Assembly (NCBI GenBank): GCA_951406725.2
Contig: OX597818.1
Span: 136,648,001-136,712,000, forward strand
Length of the DNA: 64,000 nt
Source of the DNA: Octopus vulgaris
Taxonomy: Eukaryota
Direction: 5' to 3'
Position numbers and translations under genes: made by a program. Of this stretch, positions 52,765 through 64,000 are shown piece by piece. The first letter of the stretch is position 1, and every line of letters starts with the position of its first letter. The notes under the pieces were generated by a model. The model was not told the DNA's origin and did no database searches. It was given only the letters and a program-made list of their open reading frames with translations.

Positions 52765-52931
52765 TAGGAGTGGCTGTGTGGTAAGTAGCTTGCTAAACAA
52801 CCACATGGTTCCGGGTTCAGTCCCACTGCGTGGCATCTTGGGCAAGTGTCTTCTGCTATGGCCTCGGGCCGACCAGAGCCTTGTGAGTGGATTTGGTAGA
52901 CAGAAACTGATAGAAGCCTGTCGTATATATG

Positions 52932-52970
<39 letters not shown>

Positions 52971-53180
52971 TTGTGTGTCTGTGTTTGTCCCCCTAGCATT
53001 GCTTGACAACCGATGCTGGTGTGTTTACGTCCCCGTTACTTAGCGGTTCGGCAAAAGAGACTGATAGAATAAGTACTGTGCTTACAAAGAATAAGTCCCG
53101 GGGTCGATTTGCTCGACTAAAGGCGGTGCTCCAGCATGGCCGCAGTCAAATGACTGAAACAAGTAAAAGAGTAAAAGAGT
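52765..53180 (+). mobile_element. SINE family A inserted in the mariner 5' region
   Basis: Full-length copy, ATAGG at both junctions. Confidence 0.92.
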
Positions 53181-53334
53181 ATAGGTCATTCAAATCGCAC
53201 ATTTTGGTAGAATTATTTTTCTTCTATGGCAAAATCATCCTGTTTTTCTTCATTGCAGACAATGAGTTCCAAGTGGAAGCAACATGCTGTCACTGAATTC
53301 TTACGAAGGAAGAATGCAGAATGTTTGACATCCA

Positions 53335-53533
53335 AAGTCAATTTGTCCTTTGGGCATACAATAGTAACTCCAGGCATGTTTCTGTCTTTTTAGACGTCCT
53401 CAGTGAAACATTTTCTGTTACTGCTAGATTTTAGCATGACTGAATATGGATATATCAGCATCCTTATAATGTCCAGCTTTTCCTGCTTACATGGGTAAGA
53501 CGAAATTCATTGAGGCCTATTTTCTACGGTCAG
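53335..53533. repeat. 199-bp direct repeat, copy 1 (interrupts mariner ORF)
   Basis: 6 differences from 56227-56425 by hand comparison. Confidence 0.95.
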
Positions 53534-53603
53534 GTTGTTTACAGAGATGACACCATTATTGACATGAGCAGTGTGCACAACTGGATGAAGGTTAACACCT
53601 TAA

Positions 53604-53824
53604 CTCTTTCGTTACCGTATTTATTTTGAGATGCTCTGTGTTTCTTTCAATTAATTTTAATTATAACAAAGAAGTTATGAAATAATTTAGTTGTTGTTAA
53701 GCTAGTGTTAGGAACATAAATTATGACTAAGGTTTGGTGGAAGATTTTAATTCAAGGCTTTTGAAAACAAGACATTTGTACTACAGAGCCAGAGCCGGTT
53801 TCAGCCGAGTTGGTATCGAAAGGG
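53604..53824. mobile_element. piggyBac-type MITE
   Basis: TTAA|CTCTTTCGTTACC ... GGTATCGAAAGGG|TTAA. Confidence 0.88.
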
Positions 53825-54933
53825 TTAACTGCCATGGCCTGTTACTGGAACTTACCAATGACATAACATATTTCATAAGCTATTGCTCCCAGGGCAATAT
53901 TACAGTATTTCATTATTAAACTGTAATATTTAGTACTCATGTTGTATTTAGCACTCATGTTGCTTAAAATTAGATATTTAGCACTCATATTATTTAAATA
54001 TCCTTGAAACTATGTCAAAGATTCAGAATTAAATATTTTCTCAAGTTATGAAAATGTACCACTGATGGTACTATGACAGTTGTGTGAAGTCTGTGATGAA
54101 CCAAAGTTGATACATGTAGCAGTTAACATGTTAAAAAGGGTGGAATCGGTACTGAAGACGAATCATGTGATGTGAGAGCATCGTCTGCACCCATTGACAC
54201 AAATCACTAGAAAATGGATGTATTGATTTGGATGGATAGATGAGTCACAATCAATGAGATTGCTGCACAACTGAACTGATGGCACAATGCATTATTGATG
54301 GAAGATTTTGGGTATCAGAAAGTGTATGAAAATGGGTGGGGATGTTGGCACTCAACACTTGATTTAAAGGATAAAAGGGTGGGAGTCTGCTCCGATCTGC
54401 TGGAATTGTTTCAAGTCAATGAAGACACACTTCTTTTCTGATCTGGCAACAAGGGATGAAATTTGGGCATATTTTTATGAACCACAAAGGAAGACTTGGT
54501 TCATGGAATGGTTTCACATCTCTTCTTCAAGACCTAAGAAGTTCAAGAGCCAGTGATCAGCACAGAAAGTCAAGGTCAGTTTTTTTTTTTTCTAGAATGG
54601 CAAAGGCATTGTTCTCCTTGATTTTCAGGAATGTAGCTAGACTGTGAATAGTGAGCAGTACCCTGAAACATTCAAAAAGCTTAGAGAAGATATACGGAGG
54701 GAGAGACCGAACAAGAATCTAAAAATATTGCACATTCACCATAACGATGTGTGACTAAATATGTATTTGGCAACATATGAGCAAACTGTGGTGGTCAACA
54801 GCCCCCTCATCCATTATGCAGCCTGGATCAGGCACCTTTCCACCTGCAGCTCTTCAAACCAAGGAAGGATAGTCATCAGGGACAATTTGATGACAAGGAC
54901 AAGGTGAAAATAGGTGTGAAGATGAGAATACAA

Positions 54934-55346
54934 CATCATCATCATCATCATCATCATCATCGTTTAACATCCGCTTTCCATGCTAGCATGGGTTGGACGG
55001 TTCAACTGGGGTCTGGGAAGCCCGAAGGCTGCACCAGGCCAGTCAGATCTGCACCAGGCCAGTCAGATCTGGATGCCCTTCCTAATGCCAACCACTCCGT
55101 GAGTGTAGTGGGTGCTTTTTATGTGCCACCGACACAGGTGCCAGACGAGGCTGGCAAACGGCCACGATTGGATGGTGTTTTTTATGTGCCACTGACACAG
55201 GTGCCAGACGAGGCTGGCGAACGGCCACGCTCGGATGGTGCTTTTTTTACGTGCCACCAGCACGGAGGCCAGGCAGGGCTGGCACGGCCACGATTGGATG
55301 GTGTTTGTTATGTGCCCACAGCACGGAGGCCAGTCGATGCGGTACT
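54934..55346 (-). mobile_element. Family C element inserted near the mariner ORF end
   Basis: Four tandem units; internal 20-bp duplication TGCACCAGGCCAGTCAGATC. Confidence 0.9.
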
Positions 55347-56226
55347 AACAATGCACTCAAAAATAGTTTCAGAAAGGATTTGAGAGTTGGGTTAAACAAA
55401 GCCACAAATACACTGATTGTAATGGAGACTATGTTGAATAGCAGTTTTCTATAGAGGAAGAGTTATTCTACCAATATGTACAATTTGACCAACTTACATC
55501 AATTAATAACAAAATTCCTGCTCACTTTTGCATTACGTTCAATAGAACCTTCATATTTTGCGATAGAAAATAACAATGGAATATGATACTGCATGAATAG
55601 TTAGGAAATTGATAGAACCATTACTCAAAGGAGTATTCAATGTATTTTATGATGCATAGTTGACGTATTTATTTGGAGTTAAAACCTATGAGAGTTTGTC
55701 GCCTTCGATTACTCATTGAGAGCAATTAACACTCACTCAAGTAACCGTTATGAGATTAAACAAGTAATCAAAATGGACATGGTCTCTGTGGTGGTGGTGA
55801 TAGTAGTAGTAGTAGTATTGTGTGCAACCCACCAAAGTTGCATCATAATGGCCTACTATTATTTTAGTTGTTATTCAAAACACTATTTCTACGGTGTAGA
55901 TGCCCCTGAAGGTAGTGAAATGACATGTGCCAAGGCTTTGACATTGCTTAGACTTTGACGTGTAAGGGCCCTTAAAAAAGGGTGGGTATCAGAAGGATAT
56001 CTGGCCAGAGAACACTACCTCAATAAGTCTGGTCCACATAATGCCAATATGGAAATAAAAATACACATAAAAATAATGATGATGAGTAATTATGGTCAAG
56101 AAAATGAGGAAAGACAATTCTGGAAAGTCATAAAAATTAGATAAATATAAAATCCAATCTGTCCAACCCATGCCAGCAAGGAAAACAGATGTTAAATGAT
56201 GATGATGATGATGAAAGTAAAATGGT

Positions 56227-56425
56227 AAGTCAATTTGTCCTTTGGGCATACAATAGTAACCCCAGGCATGTTCCTGTCTTTTCAGACGTCCTCAGTGAAA
56301 CATTTTCTGTTACTGCTAGATTTTAGCATGACTGAATATGGATATATCAGTATTCTTATAATGTCCAGCTTTTCCTGCTTGCATGGGTAAGACGAAATTC
56401 ATTGAGGCCTATTTTCTACGGTCAG
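56227..56425. repeat. 199-bp direct repeat, copy 2 (probable donor)
   Basis: The old SINE tail within it continues past 56425 only here. Confidence 0.95.
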
Positions 56426-57826
56426 ATGCTCTCTCTGTCACCGACCCTCACACCTATTTCCAAGCAGAGTATTAATTCTTCTTGTTCTTTGAATACTGAC
56501 AACTCAATGGCTGGACATCATCATCATCATCATTTAGCGTCCGCTTTCCATGCTAGCATGGGTTGGACAGTTCAACTGGGGTCTGTGAAGCCAGAAGGCT
56601 GCATCAGGCCCAGTCTGATCTGGCAGTGTTTCTACGGCTGGATGCCCTTCCTAACGCCAACCACTCCGTGAGTGTAGTGGGTGCTTTTTACGTGCCACCC
56701 ACACAGGTGCCAGACGGAGTGGCACGTAAAAAGCATGGACATGTTTACACAGAAGACTGCAAATGAACAAGACTGCTTTTATGACACTGACATTTGTTTA
56801 AATTTAACAAGTGATATCACAACAAGGATACACATATGCAGGCATTTGCATGCACACAAGCACACACGAAGATATACATTGCAGACTTCTTTCAGTTTTT
56901 ATGTACTAAATACACTCAAAGGGTTGAGCACTATAGCAGAAAACACTTAGCAAAGATGCCCTATATCAAAACTAAGCTCAAAGACGGGAAGCTGGCAGAA
57001 ACACTAGAATGCCGGGCGAAATGCTTAGCAGCATTTCGTCTGTCGTTAGGTTCTGAGTTCAAATTCTGCCGAGGTCGACTTTGCCTTTCATCCTTTCGGG
57101 GTCGATAAATTAAGTACCAGTTGCGTACTGGGGTTGATCGAATCGACTGGCCCCCTCCCTCAAAATTTCAGGCCTTCTGCCTGGAGTAGAAAAGAAGACT
57201 AAACTTAGAACCACAGTGAGCCCATACTGCACTGATTAAATTTCTACTGGTGATGAAACATGCCATTCATATGCAAATCAGTTCTCACAAACTCTTTCTA
57301 TTGTCCGGTAAAAGTAAAATCATCATCATCATTTAACGTCCATTTTCCATGTTGGCATGGGTTGGATGGTTTGACTGATTCTGGAGAGCCAGCAGCTGCA
57401 CCAGGCTCCAGTCTGATCTGGTAACGTTTCTACAGCTGGATGCCCTTCCTAATGCCAGCCACTCCAAGAGTGTAGTGGGTGCTTTTTATGTGCCACTGGC
57501 ACAGGACCCATATAAGTGTACTAAGCCATTAAAGGGTGCAGATAGTTTGAAAATACCTCATGGAGTGATGACCATGCGCTGCCCTTTGGCAAGGCATAGC
57601 ACCTGTTTAGCGCCTGCTGCCAGGGATATGTTGAAGTCATGGGGCTGCAGCATGGCAGATTCTGAAGAGGTGGTGGAAGATCTCAATTTAGCCAACATTG
57701 CTTCTTACATTGATGCTGAGTGGAGGAATCCTAGAAGATCAGGAGTAAGGATCACGAAGCTCTATCAAGAGGGTGACTGTAATGCATCCACTGGGGTAGC
57801 GTCTATGGTTGTGTAATCAGCTAATC

Positions 57827-58215
57827 GTGGAGGCGCAATGGCCCAGTGGTTAGGGCAGTGGACTCGCGGTCGTAGGATCGCGGTTTCGATTCCCAGACCG
57901 GGCGTTGTGAGTGTTTATTGAGCGAAAACACCTAAAAGCTCCACGAGACTCCGGCAGGGGATGGTGGTGATCCCTGCTGTACTCTTTCACCACAACTTTC
58001 TCTCACTCTTACTTCCTGTTTCTGTTGTACCTGTATTTCAAAGGGCCGGCCTTGTCACTCTCTGTGTCACGCTGAATATCCCCGAGAACTACGTTAAGGG
58101 TACACGTGTCTGTGGAGTGCTCAGCCACTTACACGTTAATTTCACGAGCAGGCTGTTCCGTTGATCGGATCAACCGGAACCCTCGTCGTCGTAACCGACA
58201 GAGTGCTTCCACTAA
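57827..58215 (+). mobile_element. SINE family D, full length with 12-bp TSD
   Basis: AATCAGCTAATC at 57815-57826 and 58216-58227. Confidence 0.95.
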
Positions 58216-58344
58216 AATCAGCTAATCAAGGATTCATTATCACTCAAGCTCATAATTCAAATTCACAATTATGGAATTGGATGGCAACAGAGAGTCATGG
58301 AAATCCATGAAAGCAGTGAAAAACAAACCAAAAAAAGTATGCCA

Positions 58345-58813
58345 CATGAAATGTGAAAAATTCCAGAAGCTTGCTACCCGCATAGTTCTTGGTCTCAAGC
58401 ATTTGTCTTATGAAGAAAGGCTGAAGACGCTCGACCTTTATTCTCTAGAAAAATGACGACACCATGGTGATCCCATTCTCGCTCACAACATCATAAGCGG
58501 AAAGTGTAACCTCTCGAAAGAGCTGTCTTCACTCCTGCTCCAGAGCGTCGACTGCGTCGTCACTCCAAAAAGCTCTATCTGCAACGATTTCATCTCAATC
58601 GAAGGAGAGGGGCTTTCTGCATCCGGATTGCGGATCCATGGAATAAGCTGCCAGACGAGATAGTGAAGATGACGACGACTGCTTGGTTCAAAGTCTCTCT
58701 TGACCAGAAATGGCCTGAACTCTTTGCATGAACACCCTCCCTGTACATAACTCCATGTTCCCCTACATGGCCTTGCTTTTTGCTTTTTGAACCAAAAAAT
58801 TAACTTAACTTAA
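58345..58813 (+). mobile_element. CR1-clade LINE 3' end
   Basis: EKFQKLATRIVLGLKHLSYEERLKTLDLYSLEK*RHHGD..HSKKL..WNKLPDEIV..FKVSLD; (TTAAC)n tail. Confidence 0.92.
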
Positions 58814-59474
58814 GAGTTGATACATAAGAATATGTGTACATATGTAAATTGAAATCAGTTTAATTGTAATGAAAAGACATTAATCACTCTAAGGTTCACA
58901 CAGTCTGTCTTGTGTCCCAGACTGCTTGTACTAAATCTCAACTCCAACAATTAGTAATCAACCAAACACACTATACAGCTAACTACCTGTCTAGATTGCA
59001 CATATTGTTGCCATCCCTTTTATATAGATTTTTCTTTCATCTGTATTCTGTGTTTTGGTACACGTGTGTGTACGTGGGGAGTGGATGGGTGGCGTGTTTC
59101 TTAATACGTGCCTGTGTGTGTCTGTGTGTGTTTGTTTGTGCCTGAGTGCGCATTTGCGTGCATGTGCATCACTGTATTTGTTGCAACATTGAAATTATTA
59201 ATGCTGCCTACACTCACATGTGTACACTTGCACGGTAGCATAAACAATTACACACGGATGTGTGTAAATGCGTGTGCATGCATGTATCATGTATATATCT
59301 GTATGCATATATCAATATGGATGCATAATTATTTGTTTTTAAATCATATATATTACTGACTTACAAATACATAAATACATAAGATTATATATCCACATAC
59401 ATAATTATATATGTATATATATATATATGTATGTATATATATATATATATGTATGTATATATATATATGTATGT

Positions 59475-59508
<34 letters not shown>

Positions 59509-59541
59509 GTATATATATGTATGTATGTATATATATGTATG

Positions 59542-59671
<130 letters not shown>

Positions 59672-59698
59672 ATATATATATATATGTATGTATATATA

Positions 59699-59753
<55 letters not shown>

Positions 59754-60174
59754 TTATCCACACATATATATGTACATGTGTGCATGCACACACACACACA
59801 CACACACACATGCATGTAGGATTCAGATTTATTGATGGAGATACTCCTCCAATCTAGCTGAAAATATACCCAGTAAAAATAAGAAGGCAGAGACAAGAAG
59901 AACAAGAACAAGAATAATAAGAAGAAGAAGCTACAGAGTTCATTGAAATATAACTAATGAGATCTGAAGTAGAAATAAATCAGGATTATTCAGAAAAATT
60001 TGCTCTTTTACAGGAATGATTCATAGATGTAAGGAAATAGCGTAAGGTGATTAGCAAAGACATGGAAGACAGGGGTGGGGTGGTTGCGGAGAGGGAAACT
60101 GATAAAAAAAACAAACAAAGAAAATAATCCGTATAAAGTATATGTATATATTTAAACACAGGTATGTGTATGTG

Positions 60175-60243
<69 letters not shown>

Positions 60244-60266
60244 ATATATATGTGTGTGTGTATGTG

Positions 60267-60297
<31 letters not shown>

Positions 60298-61956
60298 ATG
60301 TGTATATATATATGTGTGTGTGTGTATTTGTAGGATCATATATAGTTCTATATATTAGTGTGTGCATATACATATATAAATATATATATCTGTGTGTGTG
60401 TGTGTATAAATATGAAACAAACTAAGAATGATTTATAAAAGAAAAATCGATCAGCAAATCAATATATACACACATATATGCATAAATATGTATGTATGTG
60501 TGTGAGTGTGTCCATGCATTGTACCATGTGTGTGTGTGTATGTGTGTGTGTGTGAGCAAGCTAAGGGAAATAATTCACAGTGACTAGTGGCATATATTTG
60601 TGCATGTGTTTGTATGTTTTTGTTGCGTTTATGCAAATTACCAAGGCCATAAACGTTTGACTCTTTTTTTGCAAACATCAAAGTACCTTGTTCAGTTGGA
60701 GACAAAGTAGAGCAAACGCTGCCCTGATGACACCTATTGAGATTGGAATATGTATCTACAGTCATTCTCTTGTGTCTTGACAATCAGATTATCTTTTACT
60801 TAATGGCATTTCAATTTTTGGATAATTTTTGATTTTTTTTAGATTATATCTTTTCCATATATTGCTCAAATATAGTTTGAAAGAGATGAAACTGTGAGAC
60901 AGGATGCTGCAGGGGCTAGATGCCACAACAAACAATTAATAATTGTCAGAAAGAAAGAAGGTGGTGAGCTGGCGGAATTGTTACCATGCCAGGTGAAATG
61001 CTTAGCGGCATTTCATCCATCTGTACATTCTGAGTTCAAACTCCACCAGGATCAACTTTGCCCTTCATCCTTTCTGGCTCAATAAATAAGTACTTCTTTC
61101 AGTTTCCATCTACCAAATCCACTCACAAGGCTTTGGTTGGCCCAAGGCTCTACTGAAAAGCACTTGCTTACACAGTGGGATTGAAACCAGATTCCATCAA
61201 CTAAATCCACTCACATGACTCTGGTCAATCCGGAGCAATAGTAGAAGACGCTTGCTCAAAGTGCTGCAAAATAGGACTGAAAGACTACATGAAGGCTACA
61301 TGGTTGGGAAGCAAGATTTTTTTAAAGACATCCATACCAGTGCTTTTGTTAAGAGTATAGCTTAAGGAGTGTATGGACTGAGAAAGGAATTTTACGAACA
61401 GCTAATACAATATTGTGTACATATTTCTCTATACTATTAATGTGTGACTGTGTTTGATATGTGTGGCATGTATGAGTGTCTGATATGTAAAGAGTATGTG
61501 TGTACATGGTGGTGTGGGGCAAATAGAGAACTTGTTGTTTTGTCCCAGGTGAGCCCTGATTGAGCAGTCCTATGACCAAAAGTATTCCAGCCATAACCAT
61601 TTCATCTGCTTCCTATATACTGGAATCCCAGTATGTCAGGAACCATTAAGATTGTGATTTGAAGGAAATATGGCTACAAATTTTAGAAGGTGGTACAATA
61701 ATATACAGGTTTCCTCATTGGTGCATGCGTTAGAAGAGTGCACATGTATCTGGAGGTGCACAAATGCATGCCTATATGCATATTGTTGTATGCTACTAGT
61801 GCATGCATATATGTTTATGCATATGAGTGCATATATATAATGTATATACATGTAAATACACCCATACATGCACACAGGAATAATATAATAAATATATATA
61901 CATTTATTATATTAAGGGAATTACTACATGTAAATGCCTCACACTATGAGGGACTC

Positions 61957-62049
<93 letters not shown>

Positions 62050-62625
62050 CATGTATACATATATGTATGCATGTATATATATATATATGTATGCATATAT
62101 ATATATATCTATGTATATATATATATGTATATATACATCATCAAAACAAATGATGGAGAAATGTTAGTTCATTACAGGTGTTTCAAACACATTTTTTAAA
62201 TAGATAAATGAATACGTTACATCATGGCAACAAAAAAAAAATTCATTAGATGATACATAGAATTTCAAACAATAGAAGAACAAATCCTGAATACAGCAGG
62301 AACACAACTTGACTCCAGCCCAAGCTGGCCTGGAATGAGAGAACAAACATAAGGTCATAATAACCATTAAGAGCTAGATAGACTCTTAATATCAAAAGGG
62401 GCTCCTGACCGTCGGACATCCTGGAATATACCAAACACCATGCGATCAATACAACATGCACTTTGGATCAGCTCCTAGGCATTAAATACTCGTAAGGGTT
62501 AAATTCTCTGTATGCATAACAGCACCCAATATATTTATTTGACTAAAGGTAGTGTTTACAAGTTAATTCAACACAACCTGGTGCCTATCATTTAAGTACC
62601 TGATTCTCTCCTGAATCCTTAATAT

Positions 62626-62681
<56 letters not shown>

Positions 62682-62684
<3 letters not shown>

Positions 62685-63088
62685 TCTTTTACTCTTTTAC
62701 TTGTTTCAGTCAGTTGACTGTGGCCATGCTGGAGCACTGCCTTTAATCGAGCAACTCGACCCCGGGACTTATTCTTTGTACGCCCAGTACTTATTCTACC
62801 GGTCTCTTTTGCCGAACCGCTAAGTAACGGGGACATAAACACACCAGCATCGGTTGTCAAGCAATGCTAAGGGGACAAACACAGACACACAAACATATAC
62901 ACGCACACATATATATATATACAACAGGCTTCTTTTCAGTTTCCGTCTACCAAATCCACTCACAAGGCTTTGGTCGGCCCGAGGCTATAGTAGAAGACAC
63001 TTACCCAAGGTGCCATGCAGTGGGACTGAACCCGGAACCATGTGGTTGTTAAGCAAGCTACTTACCACACAGCCGCTCCTGCGCCTAT
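62682..63088 (-). mobile_element. SINE family A, full length
   Basis: As 21192. Confidence 0.93.
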
Positions 63089-63858
63089 ATACATACAAAT
63101 TTTAAATTACATCTCCAGCAAGTTAACTTGGGACCCCTTAACGACAATGTTATCTTCATTTAACTAAGGTATCTTTGGCCTGAGGAGTACCTAGTGGAGT
63201 ATGCCTCACTGAGTAATTATTACTGCTGAGGTTCTGCTAGCTAGGATACATATGTAGCCTGGATTTTATCTGCTCCATTCTCACAATTTGGATTTTTATT
63301 CGCATTCATAAAAACCCTAGATGCTGATCATGAAGATATAAAAAAACATTTTTCAGCTTATCGAACATCAATATGGGAAAAAATTACAACTTTCTTTGCC
63401 AATAAACTATTATTGTTCCTGAAAGTTGTTCCTTATACCTGCTACAGACTGCTCAATGTTTACTAACCTTCTACACCTAATTCCTTGGATCTTACAATTA
63501 CATATCATTACACATGCATTCATGCACACACACACACATGCATACACAGATACACATATGTGCATCTGAAGAATCTTTAGGCAGTCTTTGAAGCCAGTGA
63601 AATAACTTTTCCACCCCCTAAAAAAAATAAATACAGGAAAGAAGAAAAAAAGTTTTGTTGAAGCAGAACAGAAGACATTTTTGAACATGTTTAAGGCATG
63701 TTACTGCCTGGGCAGAAAGCTGTAAATAGATGGGAAATAAAAATACATGCACACACACACATACATGTAGCAGTATAGATACATGCTCTCTCTCTCTCAC
63801 ACACGCGTCTCTCTCTTTCTCTCTCTCTCACACACGTCTCTCTCTCTCTCTCTCACAC

Positions 63859-63936
<78 letters not shown>

Positions 63937-63942
63937 AAATAT

Positions 63943-64000
63943 TAGGGAATAAATCCAAACTTACAGGGAAAAATCAGATTTAGGATTAAATCCAATTTTA
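63943..64000 (+). mobile_element. Start of a second copy of the 22724 foldback family (cut by window edge)
   Basis: TAGGGAATAAATCCAAACTTACAGGGAAAAATCAGATTTAGGATTAAATCCAATTT after (TA)n. Confidence 0.8.

Larger units (their letters stand above)
52706..55555 (+). mobile_element. Decayed full-length mariner (DD34D type) fragmented by nested insertions
   Basis: Collinear motifs KQHAVTEFL, VYRDD..IDMSSVHNW, DR*VTINEIAAQL, DEIWAYFYEP, PKKFKSQ*SAQKV, TVNSEQY, HPLCSLDQAP, NGDYVE*; decayed TIRs match at 24 of 37 positions by hand alignment. Confidence 0.85.

Noticed and set aside
53335-56425. LTR pair or LTR-retrozyme
   Set aside because: No TG..CA ends, PBS or TSD; copy 1 interrupts a mariner that starts outside the pair, and the interior is unrelated transposon debris
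57505-57816. GC-richer ORF (..EVVEDLNLANIASYIDAEWRNPRR..)
   Set aside because: Begins inside a family C element, no recognisable domain or splice signals; probably decayed transposon sequence
57827-57900. tRNA gene
   Set aside because: tRNA-like head runs directly into a SINE body with a TSD; no closed acceptor stem. Same for all other A/B-box hits

Overview
AT-rich, repeat-saturated animal genomic DNA with no recognisable intact protein-coding gene. The repeat set (abundant tRNA-derived SINEs, RTE 3' ends with (GAT)n tails, very dense TA/CA/GA/AAT/CATA microsatellites) looks like an Octopus/coleoid cephalopod genome; this is inference from pattern recognition, not a database result. Most of the window is SINEs (labelled families A, B, D here), 5'-truncated RTE 3'UTRs (family C), and remnants of RTE-X-like, R4/Dong and CR1 LINEs, a DD37D (maT) transposase, mariner and piggyBac MITEs and Helitron-like elements. 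Nearly all ORFs in the track are artefacts of these repeats. Best observations: (1) two intact-looking type I hammerhead ribozymes 300 bp apart (23251-23641) beside a foldback element, plus several decayed hammerhead-like motifs; (2) a full-length ancient mariner (52706-55555) that reconstructs to about 1.3 kb after removing nested insertions, one of them a 199-bp copy of nearby DNA; (3) a strong minus-strand AG|GTAAGT recursive-splice-site candidate at 34282 and several minus-strand candidate exons, suggesting a long host transcript; (4) a variable-number 63-bp tandem unit with an H-type pseudoknot motif in the RTE 3'UTR; (5) SINE concatemers and tail swapping. Boundaries of decayed repeats are approximate.
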